64,000 bases of DNA. Origin: an uncultured Atopobium sp. GTDB lineage: Bacteria; Actinomycetota; Coriobacteriia; Coriobacteriales; Atopobiaceae. Below, piece after piece: positions 10,899-20,720 of this stretch (the stretch's first letter is position 1; each line of letters begins with the position of its first letter). The translations under genes and the position numbers were made by a program. The notes beneath the pieces were generated by a model that was not told where the DNA came from, did no database searches, and saw only the letters and a list, made by a program, of their open reading frames with translations. The stretch covers positions 388,473-452,472 of the forward strand of contig CAMUON010000001.1 in the NCBI GenBank assembly GCA_947090525.1, read 5' to 3'.

Positions 10899-11445
10899 GT
10901 CCTACTCCTTTGTGTAGAAATCGTGAATATTTCGGGTGTACGCGTGGGCCCTGCGTGTGCGGGCTCGTGTGCGGGTGCGCGCGGTTGCACATCCGCCGAG
11001 GCAAAAACGCATCATATAAGCTTACCACGCGTTATGCGCCGTCCACATTTTTTGGATAATCGAAGGGCGTATGAGTGACGTCGATAGTATGAGATTTGAA
11101 GAATGAAGGCAAAGCGGAATCGTGTGCGCGACGAAGAAACTGGGGTGACTGTATCAATTTTCGTGTTTCATACGCTGTGCGCGGGTGCTTATGTGGTCAA
11201 TTTGGCGATTTGTATGCGAGGTGTGAGTCCAGGTACTAATCAAATAGTTTGCACGCTTTATCAGCATCCGCGTGCTCATGCCGTGTGCGCGTCAAGGCGC
11301 CACAAAACACACCCGCGGGGTTTATGATTCTTTTTGGCATCGCTTCACAATTGTTGACACAGCTGCGTCTTCCTGTAAAAATAGACAAGGTAGCGAGCAC
11401 GGGGATTTGCACCGTCAAATTCGCCTGCGCGTCGTTTGCGGCAAT

Positions 11446-11521
11446 GGGGATGTAGCTCAGTTGGGAGAGCGCTGCCTCCGCAAGGCAGAGGCCGAGGGTT
11501 CGACTCCCTTCATCTCCACCA
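11446..11521 (+). tRNA. tRNA-Ala (anticodon CGC as parsed)
   Basis: Cloverleaf GGGGATG/CATCTCC acceptor with G3:U70 (Ala identity pair). Anticodon stem CTGCC/GGCAG, loop TCCGCAA, encoded CCA. Loop position 33 reads C, which is unusual and should be checked with tRNAscan-SE. Confidence 0.75.
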
Positions 11522-11650
11522 TTCTTTTTCTTATTAAATACCTCACTTTACCTGCACAAACCTAAATCAGCATGCATAAAAATATTTTCTTATTCGGTCA
11601 TAAATATTACGTGCGTTGTACATGTCTAGTCTGCCGTTTTGCGCCATGCG
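11495..11650 (+). repeat. Direct repeat, copy 1 (tRNA-Ala 3' end plus about 130 bp downstream); attL-like
   Basis: About 80% identical to 13245-13395, including a second copy of the tRNA T-arm/acceptor 3' half (GGTTCGGATCTCTTCATCCCCACCA). Confidence 0.6.
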
Positions 11651-11670
11651 CGGCGAGCGTATGAGCGTTT

Positions 11671-11886
11671 ACAAAACCCACACGCTCATATTAGAAAAAT
11701 ACCCCACTTTGTCACGTGTTCGGGCGCTGCACACGCGCGGGGCGGCCGAAACCGTTTTGCGTTTGCCCAGGTAATTTTCTTTTAGCATGTTGGTGCGGCT
11801 CTCAAAAGTGCCTACGAGGGCGATTTTCGGCTCCAGAACCCGTGACAAAGTGGGGTAAAGTTCTAATATCACTCATCACGTTTTGT
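11671..11886 (+). mobile_element. MITE-like 216-bp element, copy 1 (imperfect terminal inverted repeats of about 45 bp)
   Basis: Termini ACAAAAC...CATATTAGAAAAATACCCCACTTTGTCACGTG and CACGTGACAAAGTGGGGTAAAGTTCTAATATCACTCA..ACGTTTTGT are inverted copies of each other. A second, same-length copy is at 40513-40728. Confidence 0.55.
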
Positions 11887-12288
11887 TAGAGGCTAGCGCG
11901 CACATGTTTTGCGCCACATTTTAGTCTGCGCCCGCATCAGAGCCCGCCCGCACCCGTACTCGCGCTCCCGTCTGCACCCGCCCCCGCGCCCGTCTGCGTA
12001 CCCCCAGTCCTGCGCTCGCGTTCCTGCCAAACCTAGCGAATACGGAGAAGCAGGTAAATACGTAGATTTTACCGATAAGGATGGAGAACAAGCCACTGTA
12101 TTATCAATCGTATAGCACAAAGTGTCGGGGGGCGTCGCTTTTTTGGGTTTGCCCTGTGATACACTTTGAAGTAGCTCGCACCAAGCACAAGCGGTTGAAA
12201 TAGCGAAGAAGAACGAGGACTTGGCGTATAAAGTGAACTGGATGAGTTGTATCTTGTGAGCAGTATATCAACATAAGGAGAAACCCAC

Positions 12289-13134
12289 ATGAGTAACGTG
12301 AAAAAAGACACGCTCGATGCGAAAGGTTTTGCTATTCAAATTTATACTGAAGATTTTAAAAACGACTATATAAGTCTTACGGATATCGCAAGATATAAAA
12401 ATGTACATGAGCCTAAAGATGTTGTTAAAAACTGGTTAAGGATACGAGATACAATTGAATTCCTTGGTCTCTGGGAGACTATCCATAATCCAAATTTTAA
12501 AGGGGTCGAATTCGACTCCTTTAAAAAAGAGTCAGGAACTAATGCGTTTACCCTATCTCCCCAAAGATGGATTGAGAATACAAATGCGATTGGTATTGTT
12601 TCTAAGTCTGGTAGAGGAGGGGGAACGTTCGCCCATCATGATATAGCAATGGAATTTGCTTCATGGATTTCTGCTGAATTTAAGATGTATGTCATTCAGG
12701 ACTACAAAAGACTTAAGTCAGACGAGAACTCCAAGCTGTCATTAGGCTGGAATCTCAATCGTGAAATTTCTAAGATCAACTATAAAATTCATACAGCTGC
12801 AATCAAAGAGTATCTCTTAAAGGATCTTACCAACGAACAGCTATCTTATAAGTACTCAAGTTAAGCCGACATACTAAATGTGGCCCTGTTTAATAAAAGA
12901 GCAAAACAATGGCGTGAAGAAAACCCGCATCTAAAAGGCAATATGAGAGACTACGCAACCCTAAATGAATTACTGGTGCTTGCAAATATGGAAAGCTATA
13001 ATGCAATTCTTATCGGAAAAGGCATGAAGCAAAAAGAGCGAATGATAGAGCTTAGAAAGCTTGCGAGAACTCAGTTGTTGTCACTTGAAAAGCTAAACAA
13101 TGCAGGTATTAAGAGGCTAGAGACTAAGTCATAG
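12289..13134 (+). pseudogene. KilA-N domain (Bro-N-like) protein interrupted by an in-frame TAA at 12862-12864; AT-rich foreign DNA
   Basis: ORFs 12289-12864 and 12880-13134 are in the same frame, separated by one TAA. KilA-N-like N-terminus (GFAIQIY...ISLTDIARYKN). Local GC is far below the flanking DNA. Confidence 0.55.
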
Positions 13135-13244
13135 AAATAGAGAATGATGAAAACTAGGGAACAGAAATGGGAGACTTACTGATAGGTTGTTTGTCGTTTC
13201 TGCTGCTCGTAGGCCTATAATGCTGTTTTTAAGAAGCTCAATCT

Positions 13245-13395
13245 GTGGGTTCGGATCTCTTCATCCCCACCATTTTTCTGTATTAAATACCTTCTTTTAC
13301 CTGCGCAAACCTAAATCAGTATGCATAAAAATATTGCCTGCTTGGGGTATAAGTCCTACGCGCAGTGTGTACTTCTATCCTGCCGTTTTGCGTTG
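13245..13395 (+). repeat. Direct repeat, copy 2 (attR-like), containing a tRNA-Ala 3'-end fragment
   Basis: See 11495-11650. Confidence 0.6.
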
Positions 13396-13450
13396 TGCAT
13401 CCGCACCCGCCGTCCGCACCCGCCGCAGCGCCGACATACGTCTCGCATAA

Positions 13451-13472
13451 CTTTACCTAAATTTTACCTAAT
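13451..13472 (+). promoter_or_regulatory. Candidate Pho box: two 11-nt direct repeat units (cTTTACCTAAA tTTTACCTAAT) about 150 bp upstream of pstS
   Basis: An 11-nt direct-repeat periodicity is the binding geometry of PhoB/PhoP (OmpR-family) regulators. Located in the pstS promoter region. Confidence 0.3.
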
Positions 13473-13618
13473 GAATTCTTGCACTTTACATGTGCTTAGT
13501 AGCATGAAATTAAGCCCGCGCAACTCACACACGCGCCTTCTCGCCCACGCAATGGTGCGCGCTCGCGCTGCGCGGTGCTCTTTGCACCTCACAGCCGAAA
13601 CACGAAAAAGGAGAACGA

Positions 13619-14557
13619 ATGACACCATACATTACTCGTCGACATGCATGTCATCTGGGAGTCGGCCTACTCGCTAGTGCTGCTAGTTTGATAGTAGCAA
13701 GCTGCGCAAAGACGGATCAGGACAGCACGGGATCCTCTAGCTCGGATTCGCAAAATGCGCAAGATCCGCAAAACCTACAGGGAAAGATTTCCCTTGCCGG
13801 CAGCACCTCGATGGAAAAGATGTGCGAAGCGCTCAGCGAAGGCTTTATGAACGCATACCCCAACGTGCATGTTTCGGTGGAATACACAGGTTCAAGTGCC
13901 GGGATTGAATCGCTTCAACAAAACTTGTGTGACATTGCGAATAGCTCTCGTGAGCTTTCTGAAGCAGAAAAATCATCGGGTATTGTGGGCAATGTGGTCG
14001 CGCTCGACGGTATCGCCATTATCGTTAACAAGGAAAATAACTGCAAAAACCTTACAACAGACCAGCTCAAACAAATTTTTACACGATCGATAAGCTCTTG
14101 GAGTGATGTAGGTGGATCAAACGCTGCGATTGTGGTCATCGGTCGTGAAAACGCCTCGGGCACCCGCAGCGCGTTCGAGGAGCTTGTTGGCGTTAAAAAT
14201 GCTTGCGCATATGCACAGGAGCTTGACTCAACAGGAGCTGTGCTCGCAAAAGTTGCTTCAACGCCCGGCGCAATCGGATATATTTCGTTCGACGCCATTT
14301 CGGATGCGGTGCACGCGCTCGCACTTGACGGCGTAGACATAACAGAAGATGCAATAGCCTCACAGAAGTATCCGCTTGTACGCCCATTTATTATGGCTAC
14401 GAAAGGGGAAGTGTCTGCACAATCGTCGCTGGTACAGGCGTGGTTCTCGTATATAGCCTCAGACGAAGGCATACAGACTATAAAAAGTGCTGGTGTTTTG
14501 CCTGCGAGTGCAGCCCCGTCTGCTAAGTCATCCGCGGCGGCACAGCCAGCACAGTAG
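13619..14557 (+). CDS. pstS: Phosphate ABC transporter substrate-binding lipoprotein
   Basis: Lipobox (LIVASC). PBP-fold phosphate-binding motifs (GSTSMEK, SGTRSAFEE). GGAG RBS. Confidence 0.85.
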   Translation: MTPYITRRHACHLGVGLLASAASLIVASCAKTDQDSTGSSSSDSQNAQDPQNLQGKISLAGSTSMEKMCEALSEGFMNAYPNVHVSVEYTGSSAGIESLQQNLCDIANSSRELSEAEKSSGIVGNVVALDGIAIIVNKENNCKNLTTDQLKQIFTRSISSWSDVGGSNAAIVVIGRENASGTRSAFEELVGVKNACAYAQELDSTGAVLAKVASTPGAIGYISFDAISDAVHALALDGVDITEDAIASQKYPLVRPFIMATKGEVSAQSSLVQAWFSYIASDEGIQTIKSAGVLPASAAPSAKSSAAAQPAQ

Positions 14558-14567
14558 AAGGTGTCAC

Positions 14568-15479
14568 ATGCTTCTTCACAAACAACAAAGCGTGCAAGAA
14601 CGTATCGCACAAACGGTATGCGCCGCCGCAGCCTGTATTGCGGTACTCGCGGTGGCGTCCATGAGTATATACATTATATCAAGCGGCTTACCAGCGCTTA
14701 TGCAAATTGGCATTGGGAATATGATCTGTGGCACCCAGTGGAGCCCAACAACACATCCTCCCGTATTCGGCATCGGCTACATCATTCTTTCGTCCATTAT
14801 CGCAACAGTGGTAAGCGTTTGTATTGGATTACCTTTGAGTATATTCATGTCGATGTATATAACGGAGCTTGCTCCCAAGCGCGTGGCATCGATTGTAAGC
14901 AGCTTTATTGAGCTCTTGGCGGGCATCCCTTCTGTGATTTACGGTCTTGTGGGCATGGTGGTCTTGTGCCCGCTTTTGTATCGCATTGAGCTATTCGTAT
15001 ACAACGGCGATCCGTCGCATCAATACTCTGGCGGTTCCAATATGTGCGCCTGCGTATGCGTGCTTGCAATTATGGTGCTTCCCACCATGATAGGGATGAG
15101 CGTATCTGCGCTTCGCGCGGTGCCTTTGTCCCTTCGCGCTTCGTCGTATGCACTAGGAGCTACGCGCGTACAAACAATCATAAAAGTTGTTATCCCTGCA
15201 GCTAAATCGGGTATTTTCGCTGCAGTTGTGTTGGGTGTTGGTCGCGCTTTGGGAGAAGCTATGGCAATTAGCATGGTAGCTGGTGGGGGAGTGAATCTAC
15301 CGCTTCCGTTTGCATCGGTGCGCCTGCTTACAACCCAGCTCGTAAGCGAAATGAGCTATGCGCAAGGCCTTCATAAAGAAGCGCTGTTTGCGGTGGGGGT
15401 CGTTCTGTATGTATTTATTATCTGCATAAATAGTCTCGTGTTATTCACAAAACGAAAGAAGCGCTGCTATGGAAAATAA
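14568..15479 (+). CDS. pstC: Phosphate ABC transporter permease
   Basis: Multi-TM permease immediately after pstS. ATG at 14568 preceded by GAAGGTG. The longer ORF from 14487 overlaps pstS. Confidence 0.85.
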   Translation: MLLHKQQSVQERIAQTVCAAAACIAVLAVASMSIYIISSGLPALMQIGIGNMICGTQWSPTTHPPVFGIGYIILSSIIATVVSVCIGLPLSIFMSMYITELAPKRVASIVSSFIELLAGIPSVIYGLVGMVVLCPLLYRIELFVYNGDPSHQYSGGSNMCACVCVLAIMVLPTMIGMSVSALRAVPLSLRASSYALGATRVQTIIKVVIPAAKSGIFAAVVLGVGRALGEAMAISMVAGGGVNLPLPFASVRLLTTQLVSEMSYAQGLHKEALFAVGVVLYVFIICINSLVLFTKRKKRCYGK

Positions 15480-16482
15480 CGCTGCCTCTGCTGTTTCTGC
15501 TGCCTCTGCTGCCGCCGCAGCACCCGCACCTGCCCCCGCGCCTGCACGCGCATCCGGACCCCGCGCGCCGCACCCGCTCCGTGCAGCCGCTACAGCATCC
15601 GTGCCTCGCCTCAGTCACGACCTTTCGCGCGCGCTTGCAGATTTCTCAATATACACACTTGTGTATATATCTGCAGCATGTATCGTGCTTTTGCTGGTGG
15701 GCATTATTGCGTACGTGTGTGCAAAAGGATGGCCGGCTCTTAACCTCGAATTTTTCACCTGTAGCACCTCGCTTCGTAAAGGCACAATAGGCGTTGCGGG
15801 AAATATCATCAATACGCTCATCATCGTCGTAGTCACACTCGCAATCGCCATACCGATTGGCGTTGGCAGTGCCATTTACCTGCAAGAATACGCGCAGAAC
15901 AAACGACTTGTGCACGTGATAGATTTTGCAACCGATGTGCTTGCAGGCATTCCATCCATCATTTTTGGGCTCTTTGGGATGCTCTTTTTTGGGCATATGC
16001 TAAAACTTGGATACAGTCTTTTGTGCGGCGCGCTTACGCTTGCGCTCATGGTGCTTCCGCTCATTATTCGCAACACTCAAGAAGCACTTTCATGTGTGCC
16101 CCAAGGCTACAAGCTTGGCGCTTTTGGCTTAGGTGCAGGTACTTGGCATACCATCCGCACCATTTTGTTACCTGTAGCGGCGCCTTCTATCGTGACGGGT
16201 GTAATTTTGGCGCTTGGCCGTATCGTTGCCGAATCGGCAGCGCTTCTCTTTACCGCAGGAAGCGCGAAAGTGCTGCCGCATAGCATCGGTGCTTTGTTCT
16301 CAAAATTATTTACATCGGGCGGTACGCTTACGGTTCAGCTCTATCTTAGCGCTACGAGTCAGGGCGATTTTACTACTGCGTTTGGGATTGCATGCATACT
16401 TCTTGCATTTACCTTGCTCATAAACGGTGCAACTCATGCACTTATTGCGCTTACCAGCTCAAGAACGCTGCAACACGCATAG
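15469..16482 (+). CDS. pstA: Phosphate ABC transporter permease
   Basis: Multi-TM permease with an A/P-rich N-terminal extension. Overlaps the pstC stop. Confidence 0.85.
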   Translation: MENNAASAVSAASAAAAAPAPAPAPARASGPRAPHPLRAAATASVPRLSHDLSRALADFSIYTLVYISAACIVLLLVGIIAYVCAKGWPALNLEFFTCSTSLRKGTIGVAGNIINTLIIVVVTLAIAIPIGVGSAIYLQEYAQNKRLVHVIDFATDVLAGIPSIIFGLFGMLFFGHMLKLGYSLLCGALTLALMVLPLIIRNTQEALSCVPQGYKLGAFGLGAGTWHTIRTILLPVAAPSIVTGVILALGRIVAESAALLFTAGSAKVLPHSIGALFSKLFTSGGTLTVQLYLSATSQGDFTTAFGIACILLAFTLLINGATHALIALTSSRTLQHA

Positions 16483-16530
16483 TGATCGCAAGCTATAAGC
16501 CATCTACCTGCAAAAGAAAGGCAAACTCAT

Positions 16531-17412
16531 ATGACGTTAGTAAGAGAAGAAAACGCGCAAGCCGCGCAACCGAGCTCACAGCACGAACCCGCAGCCGTTA
16601 CGCCCGCGGCAGCGCCCGCACCCAAGACAGCGCCCACACCCGCAGCCCCCGCGCCTGCGTCCACCAAAATGCACATCTCGCACTTGAATGTATTCTACGG
16701 CAACACACAGGCCCTGGAAGATATTACGCTTGATATCTATGAACACAGTGTGCTTGCGCTGATTGGACCTTCGGGCTGCGGTAAGAGTACCTTTTTGCGC
16801 TGCCTCAACAGAATGAACGACACGCTCTCAACAGTACGTATCAGCGGAAACGTCCTTCTTGATGGCGAAGACATCTATGCTCCAACTAGTAATGTGATGC
16901 AGCTACGCAAGCGCGTCGGCATGGTGTTTCAGCAGCCAAACCCGTTTCCTATGAGCATTTATGATAATGTTGCGTATGGTCCGCGCGTGCACGGTATCAC
17001 AAAAAAGAGTAGCCTAGATGCGATTGTTACGCGTAGCTTACAAAGCGCCGCCATATATGACGAGGTCAAAGACCATCTACACGAGTCTGCGCTCAGTTTA
17101 TCGGGTGGCCAGCAACAGCGCTTATGCATTGCGCGCGCGTTAGCTGTTGAGCCAGAAGTTTTGCTTATGGATGAGCCGACGAGTGCGCTCGATCCTATTT
17201 CAACTGCTAAAATTGAAGAGCTTATCGTGCGTCTTAAACAGCACTATACTGTTGTTATTGTTACGCACAATATGCAGCAAGCCGCGCGCGTGTCCGATTA
17301 TACGGCGTTTTTCCTTTTGGGTGAGATGGTCGAAATCAATGCCACGTACCAGCTATTTCATGAGCCTCACGATGAGCGCTGCGCTGATTATGTCATGGGG
17401 CGCTTTGGTTAG
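16531..17412 (+). CDS. pstB: Phosphate ABC transporter ATP-binding protein
   Basis: Walker [13 protein letters not shown] signature LSGGQQQR, Walker [12 protein letters not shown]. Confidence 0.9.
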   Translation: MTLVREENAQAAQPSSQHEPAAVTPAAAPAPKTAPTPAAPAPASTKMHISHLNVFYGNTQALEDITLDIYEHSVLALIGPSGCGKSTFLRCLNRMNDTLSTVRISGNVLLDGEDIYAPTSNVMQLRKRVGMVFQQPNPFPMSIYDNVAYGPRVHGITKKSSLDAIVTRSLQSAAIYDEVKDHLHESALSLSGGQQQRLCIARALAVEPEVLLMDEPTSALDPISTAKIEELIVRLKQHYTVVIVTHNMQQAARVSDYTAFFLLGEMVEINATYQLFHEPHDERCADYVMGRFG

Positions 17413-17537
17413 ACTGAAGGGATATACGATTAAGCGATTATCGCCCGCGCGAAAGGGCGAAGCAATAACTGCAAAGTTTTATCGCCCGCGCGTGTGAAGA
17501 CGCGATAACTACAAAGCGATAACGAGCATGGAGTGTA

Positions 17538-18245
17538 TTGATGGAGTGCATCTATGTTGTTGAAGACGATGTAAGTATTCAAGAAATCGAACTTATTGCG
17601 CTTAAAAATAGCAACTACGATGTAGAAGCGTTCTCGTGTGCTGCCGATTTTTTCGCCGCGCTCAAAACGCGCACCCCGCAGCTTATTTTGCTTGACATCA
17701 TGTTGCCCGATGCCGATGGCAACGACATTACCCGCACGCTTAGATCTCATGCCCAATGGTCGCATATCCCCATTATCATGCTCACGGCGAAAACTACCGA
17801 AATTGATATGATACGTGGGCTAGATAACGGGGCAGATGATTATATCCGAAAGCCGTTTTCTGTTATGGAGCTGCTCTCCCGTGTACGTGCGCTGTTGCGT
17901 AGGGCCCAAGCGCCCGCGCAGGTGCCTGTGAATAAGTATTCGCTCTGTCGTGTAGGCGCGATTACCCTCGATCCTGCCCGTCATTTTGTATGTGTGCACG
18001 ACAGTGCTATCAATCTCACGCACAAAGAGTACGATTTGCTCCACTATCTTATGCTGCACGAGGGGCTTGTATTTACACGCGATGTGCTTATGCAGGCAGT
18101 TTGGGGTTTTGATTTCGAAGGCGAAAGCAGAACGGTTGATATGCACATCAAGACCTTGCGACAAAAACTAGGGGACGCAGCGTGCTACATACAAACGATA
18201 CGCGGTGTAGGATATTGCATTAAATCAGATCAATCAACGGCGTAG
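17538..18245 (+). CDS. OmpR/PhoB-family two-component response regulator
   Basis: Receiver domain (VVEDD ... LLDIMLPDADG ... K) plus a winged-helix C-terminal domain. Adjacent to pst and a histidine kinase. Confidence 0.8.
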   Translation: MMECIYVVEDDVSIQEIELIALKNSNYDVEAFSCAADFFAALKTRTPQLILLDIMLPDADGNDITRTLRSHAQWSHIPIIMLTAKTTEIDMIRGLDNGADDYIRKPFSVMELLSRVRALLRRAQAPAQVPVNKYSLCRVGAITLDPARHFVCVHDSAINLTHKEYDLLHYLMLHEGLVFTRDVLMQAVWGFDFEGESRTVDMHIKTLRQKLGDAACYIQTIRGVGYCIKSDQSTA

Positions 18246-18254
18246 GGCAGTCTC

Positions 18255-19586
18255 ATGAAAAAGAAAATCAGCCTGCATTTGGCTATTATTTCTTGTTTAG
18301 CGCTCGTGCTTTGTTCGTGCGCGTTAACGGCTGTGTTCTATCGCATCTTTTTTGAACAAATCAAGCATGATATTCGAGTGAACGCCCAGATCATATGCAC
18401 CAACGAAGCGCTTGCGCGCACGCACGATCTCTCATCGATCGCGCGCGTGTATGGCTCGCTTGATACAAATAATTTGCGTATGACATGGATAGGTGCGGAT
18501 GGTCGCGTACTTTTTGATAATGATGTCGATGAGCGCTTAATGCCGAATCATCTGAATCGCCCCGAAATTCAGGACGCGCTTCGCAAAGGCCAAGGTGAAA
18601 GCACGCGTCACTCTGCAACTTCGCATCTTGATACGTACTATTATGCAGTGTTGCTGGATAATGGCACTATCGTCCGACTTTCCATGCACGTAAAAACCGT
18701 TGCCGATATATTTTTTGTCACGCTGCCTATAGTTGGTGCTATCGTCGTCGTGGTGTTTCTTATTTGCGTGGTCGTGGGAAGGTATCTTACAAAAGACCTG
18801 CTCAAACACCTAGATCTGCTTGCGAAAAATTATGACTCGCCTTCAAACACGCCGGTATACAAAGAACTCGAGCCCTTTATTCGCACGATGCGTGAGCAGC
18901 ACGAAAAAATTCTGCTTGCTGCAAAAAGCCGCCAAGATTTTACGGCAAATGTAACGCATGAGCTAAAAACGCCCATTACAGCTATCAGTGGCTATGCTGA
19001 ATTGATAGAGAATAAAATGGTTGATGCGGACGAAGCTGTGCATGTGGCTGCGCAAATTAGGGAAAATTCTCACCGTCTGCTCTCGCTTGTCTGCGACATT
19101 ATTCGCCTGTCGGAGCTCGATCATCCCGAGTTTCCGCGTACATTTGAAGAAGTTGACTTGCTTATGTTGGCGCGTAAAACTACGCAAGCATTGCAGCCGA
19201 TCGCAAACCAGCGGGGCTTAAGCCTCACCTGTAGCGGGGTTTCGGTGCGCGTGCAGGGGAATTATGCGCTTTTGCGCGAAATGCTCGAAAATTTGATCCA
19301 AAATGCCCTTACGTACAACAAAGAAGCTGGTAGCGTGCATGTGCGCGTGTTAATTGAGCATGCGCGGCCAACTATCGTGGTGCAAGATAGCGGCATTGGC
19401 ATTCCAGACGCTGAGCAGTCGCGCATCTTTGAGCGTTTTTATCGTGTTGACAAGTCGCACGCGCGTCAAACGGGAGGCACCGGCTTGGGGCTTGCGATTG
19501 TAAAACATATCGCCGATATCCATTCGGCAACAATTACGGTAAAGAGCGAGCTTGGTGTGGGTACAGAAATGCGGTTTGTGTTTTAG
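18255..19586 (+). CDS. Sensor histidine kinase (partner of 17538-18245)
   Basis: Two TM helices, HisKA H-box (NVTHELKTP) and HATPase_c N/G boxes (NALTYN, GTGLGLAIV). Confidence 0.8.
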   Translation: MKKKISLHLAIISCLALVLCSCALTAVFYRIFFEQIKHDIRVNAQIICTNEALARTHDLSSIARVYGSLDTNNLRMTWIGADGRVLFDNDVDERLMPNHLNRPEIQDALRKGQGESTRHSATSHLDTYYYAVLLDNGTIVRLSMHVKTVADIFFVTLPIVGAIVVVVFLICVVVGRYLTKDLLKHLDLLAKNYDSPSNTPVYKELEPFIRTMREQHEKILLAAKSRQDFTANVTHELKTPITAISGYAELIENKMVDADEAVHVAAQIRENSHRLLSLVCDIIRLSELDHPEFPRTFEEVDLLMLARKTTQALQPIANQRGLSLTCSGVSVRVQGNYALLREMLENLIQNALTYNKEAGSVHVRVLIEHARPTIVVQDSGIGIPDAEQSRIFERFYRVDKSHARQTGGTGLGLAIVKHIADIHSATITVKSELGVGTEMRFVF

Positions 19587-19726
19587 CGTCTGGTTTGTAC
19601 CGTCTGGTTTGTGCAGCTGCTCTGTGCTATGACTCTTGCGGCGGCGTGGTTATACTATTCATGAGGTCTGTTGCGTTGGATAAAACACGCAGGCTCTTGC
19701 ACAACTTGGATAGAAAGTGATTTTGT

Positions 19727-20548
19727 ATGACACATCGCGTCTGTATGTCTTCGGCGTTAGCGCCCGCGTCCGCGCCTGCATCCGCCCACGCTCCCGCGTC
19801 CGCCGCGCCAAAACCCACACCCGACCAGATCAAAGCAGTTATCTTCGACATGGATGGCCTCATGTTCGACACCGAACGCCTGGTCTACAAGATCTATCTC
19901 GAAGCGGCTCAGAAGTTTGGATTTTCTTTCACACCAGAGATTTTTTACTATTTAGCAGGCCGTAGCTCAGAATCGATCATTCAGGTTCTGCAGAACATGT
20001 ACGGCCCTACTCATAACGCCCGTAGCTGGAGAGAGTGGGTAATCGCGCGGCGTGTCGAAAAACTTACCCAGATCGACTACCGCGTGGACATAAAACCAGG
20101 CTTGAGAGATCTCATCTCTGCACTACAGCGACATCAGATCCCGTATTGTATAGCAAGCTCTTCTCGGCGTGAGGCTATCGAGCGCTATCTGAAGGCTACA
20201 GATCTAGCAGATGATTTTACGCGTATTATCTCGGTAGATGATGTTTCGCATGCAAAGCCCAACCCCGAGATTTTTCTCAAGGCGGCGGAGTGCTTACACG
20301 CAGAGCCTTCGTCTGTGCTCGTGCTCGAAGACAGTATGAATGGTCTTCGCGCAGCTCAGGCAGGTGGCTTGATCGCGGGTTTTGTCTACGATGATTTGAG
20401 CGATTTGCCGTCTTGCGAGCAAGGTTTTCCTGCAGATACAAGCTGTCTTTCGCTTGGCTATCCCAGCTTATGGGATTATTCCCGCGCGCTTGCCGACATC
20501 TCTTTTACGTCGCTCGCAGAGGTTGCGCGCTATCTTTGCGCTCGTTAA
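19727..20548 (+). CDS. HAD-IA family hydrolase (beta-phosphoglucomutase/phosphatase-like)
   Basis: Motif I IFDMDGLMFDTE. A/P-rich N-terminal extension. Confidence 0.7.
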   Translation: MTHRVCMSSALAPASAPASAHAPASAAPKPTPDQIKAVIFDMDGLMFDTERLVYKIYLEAAQKFGFSFTPEIFYYLAGRSSESIIQVLQNMYGPTHNARSWREWVIARRVEKLTQIDYRVDIKPGLRDLISALQRHQIPYCIASSSRREAIERYLKATDLADDFTRIISVDDVSHAKPNPEIFLKAAECLHAEPSSVLVLEDSMNGLRAAQAGGLIAGFVYDDLSDLPSCEQGFPADTSCLSLGYPSLWDYSRALADISFTSLAEVARYLCAR

Positions 20549-20720
20549 GTGCTTGTTTGGCTTCATTGCGCGCTTGCTTGTGCTTGCTCGCGCTTGCGTG
20601 TTGCCATTGCGCGCTTGGTTCTTTATGGCTCATACTCCGTGATAATGCAGTGGTTTTTGCGCCAGCTACGCCTGTGCTCACGCTTTTATTGCTAGAGTAA
20701 AGAGGCCTTTGCTTGGATGA

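Noticed and set aside
14487-14567. Longer pstC start at 14487 overlapping pstS by 70 nt
   Set aside because: The ATG at 14568 directly follows the pstS stop and has a GAAGGTG RBS. The 5' extension is A/R-rich, with no hydrophobic start.
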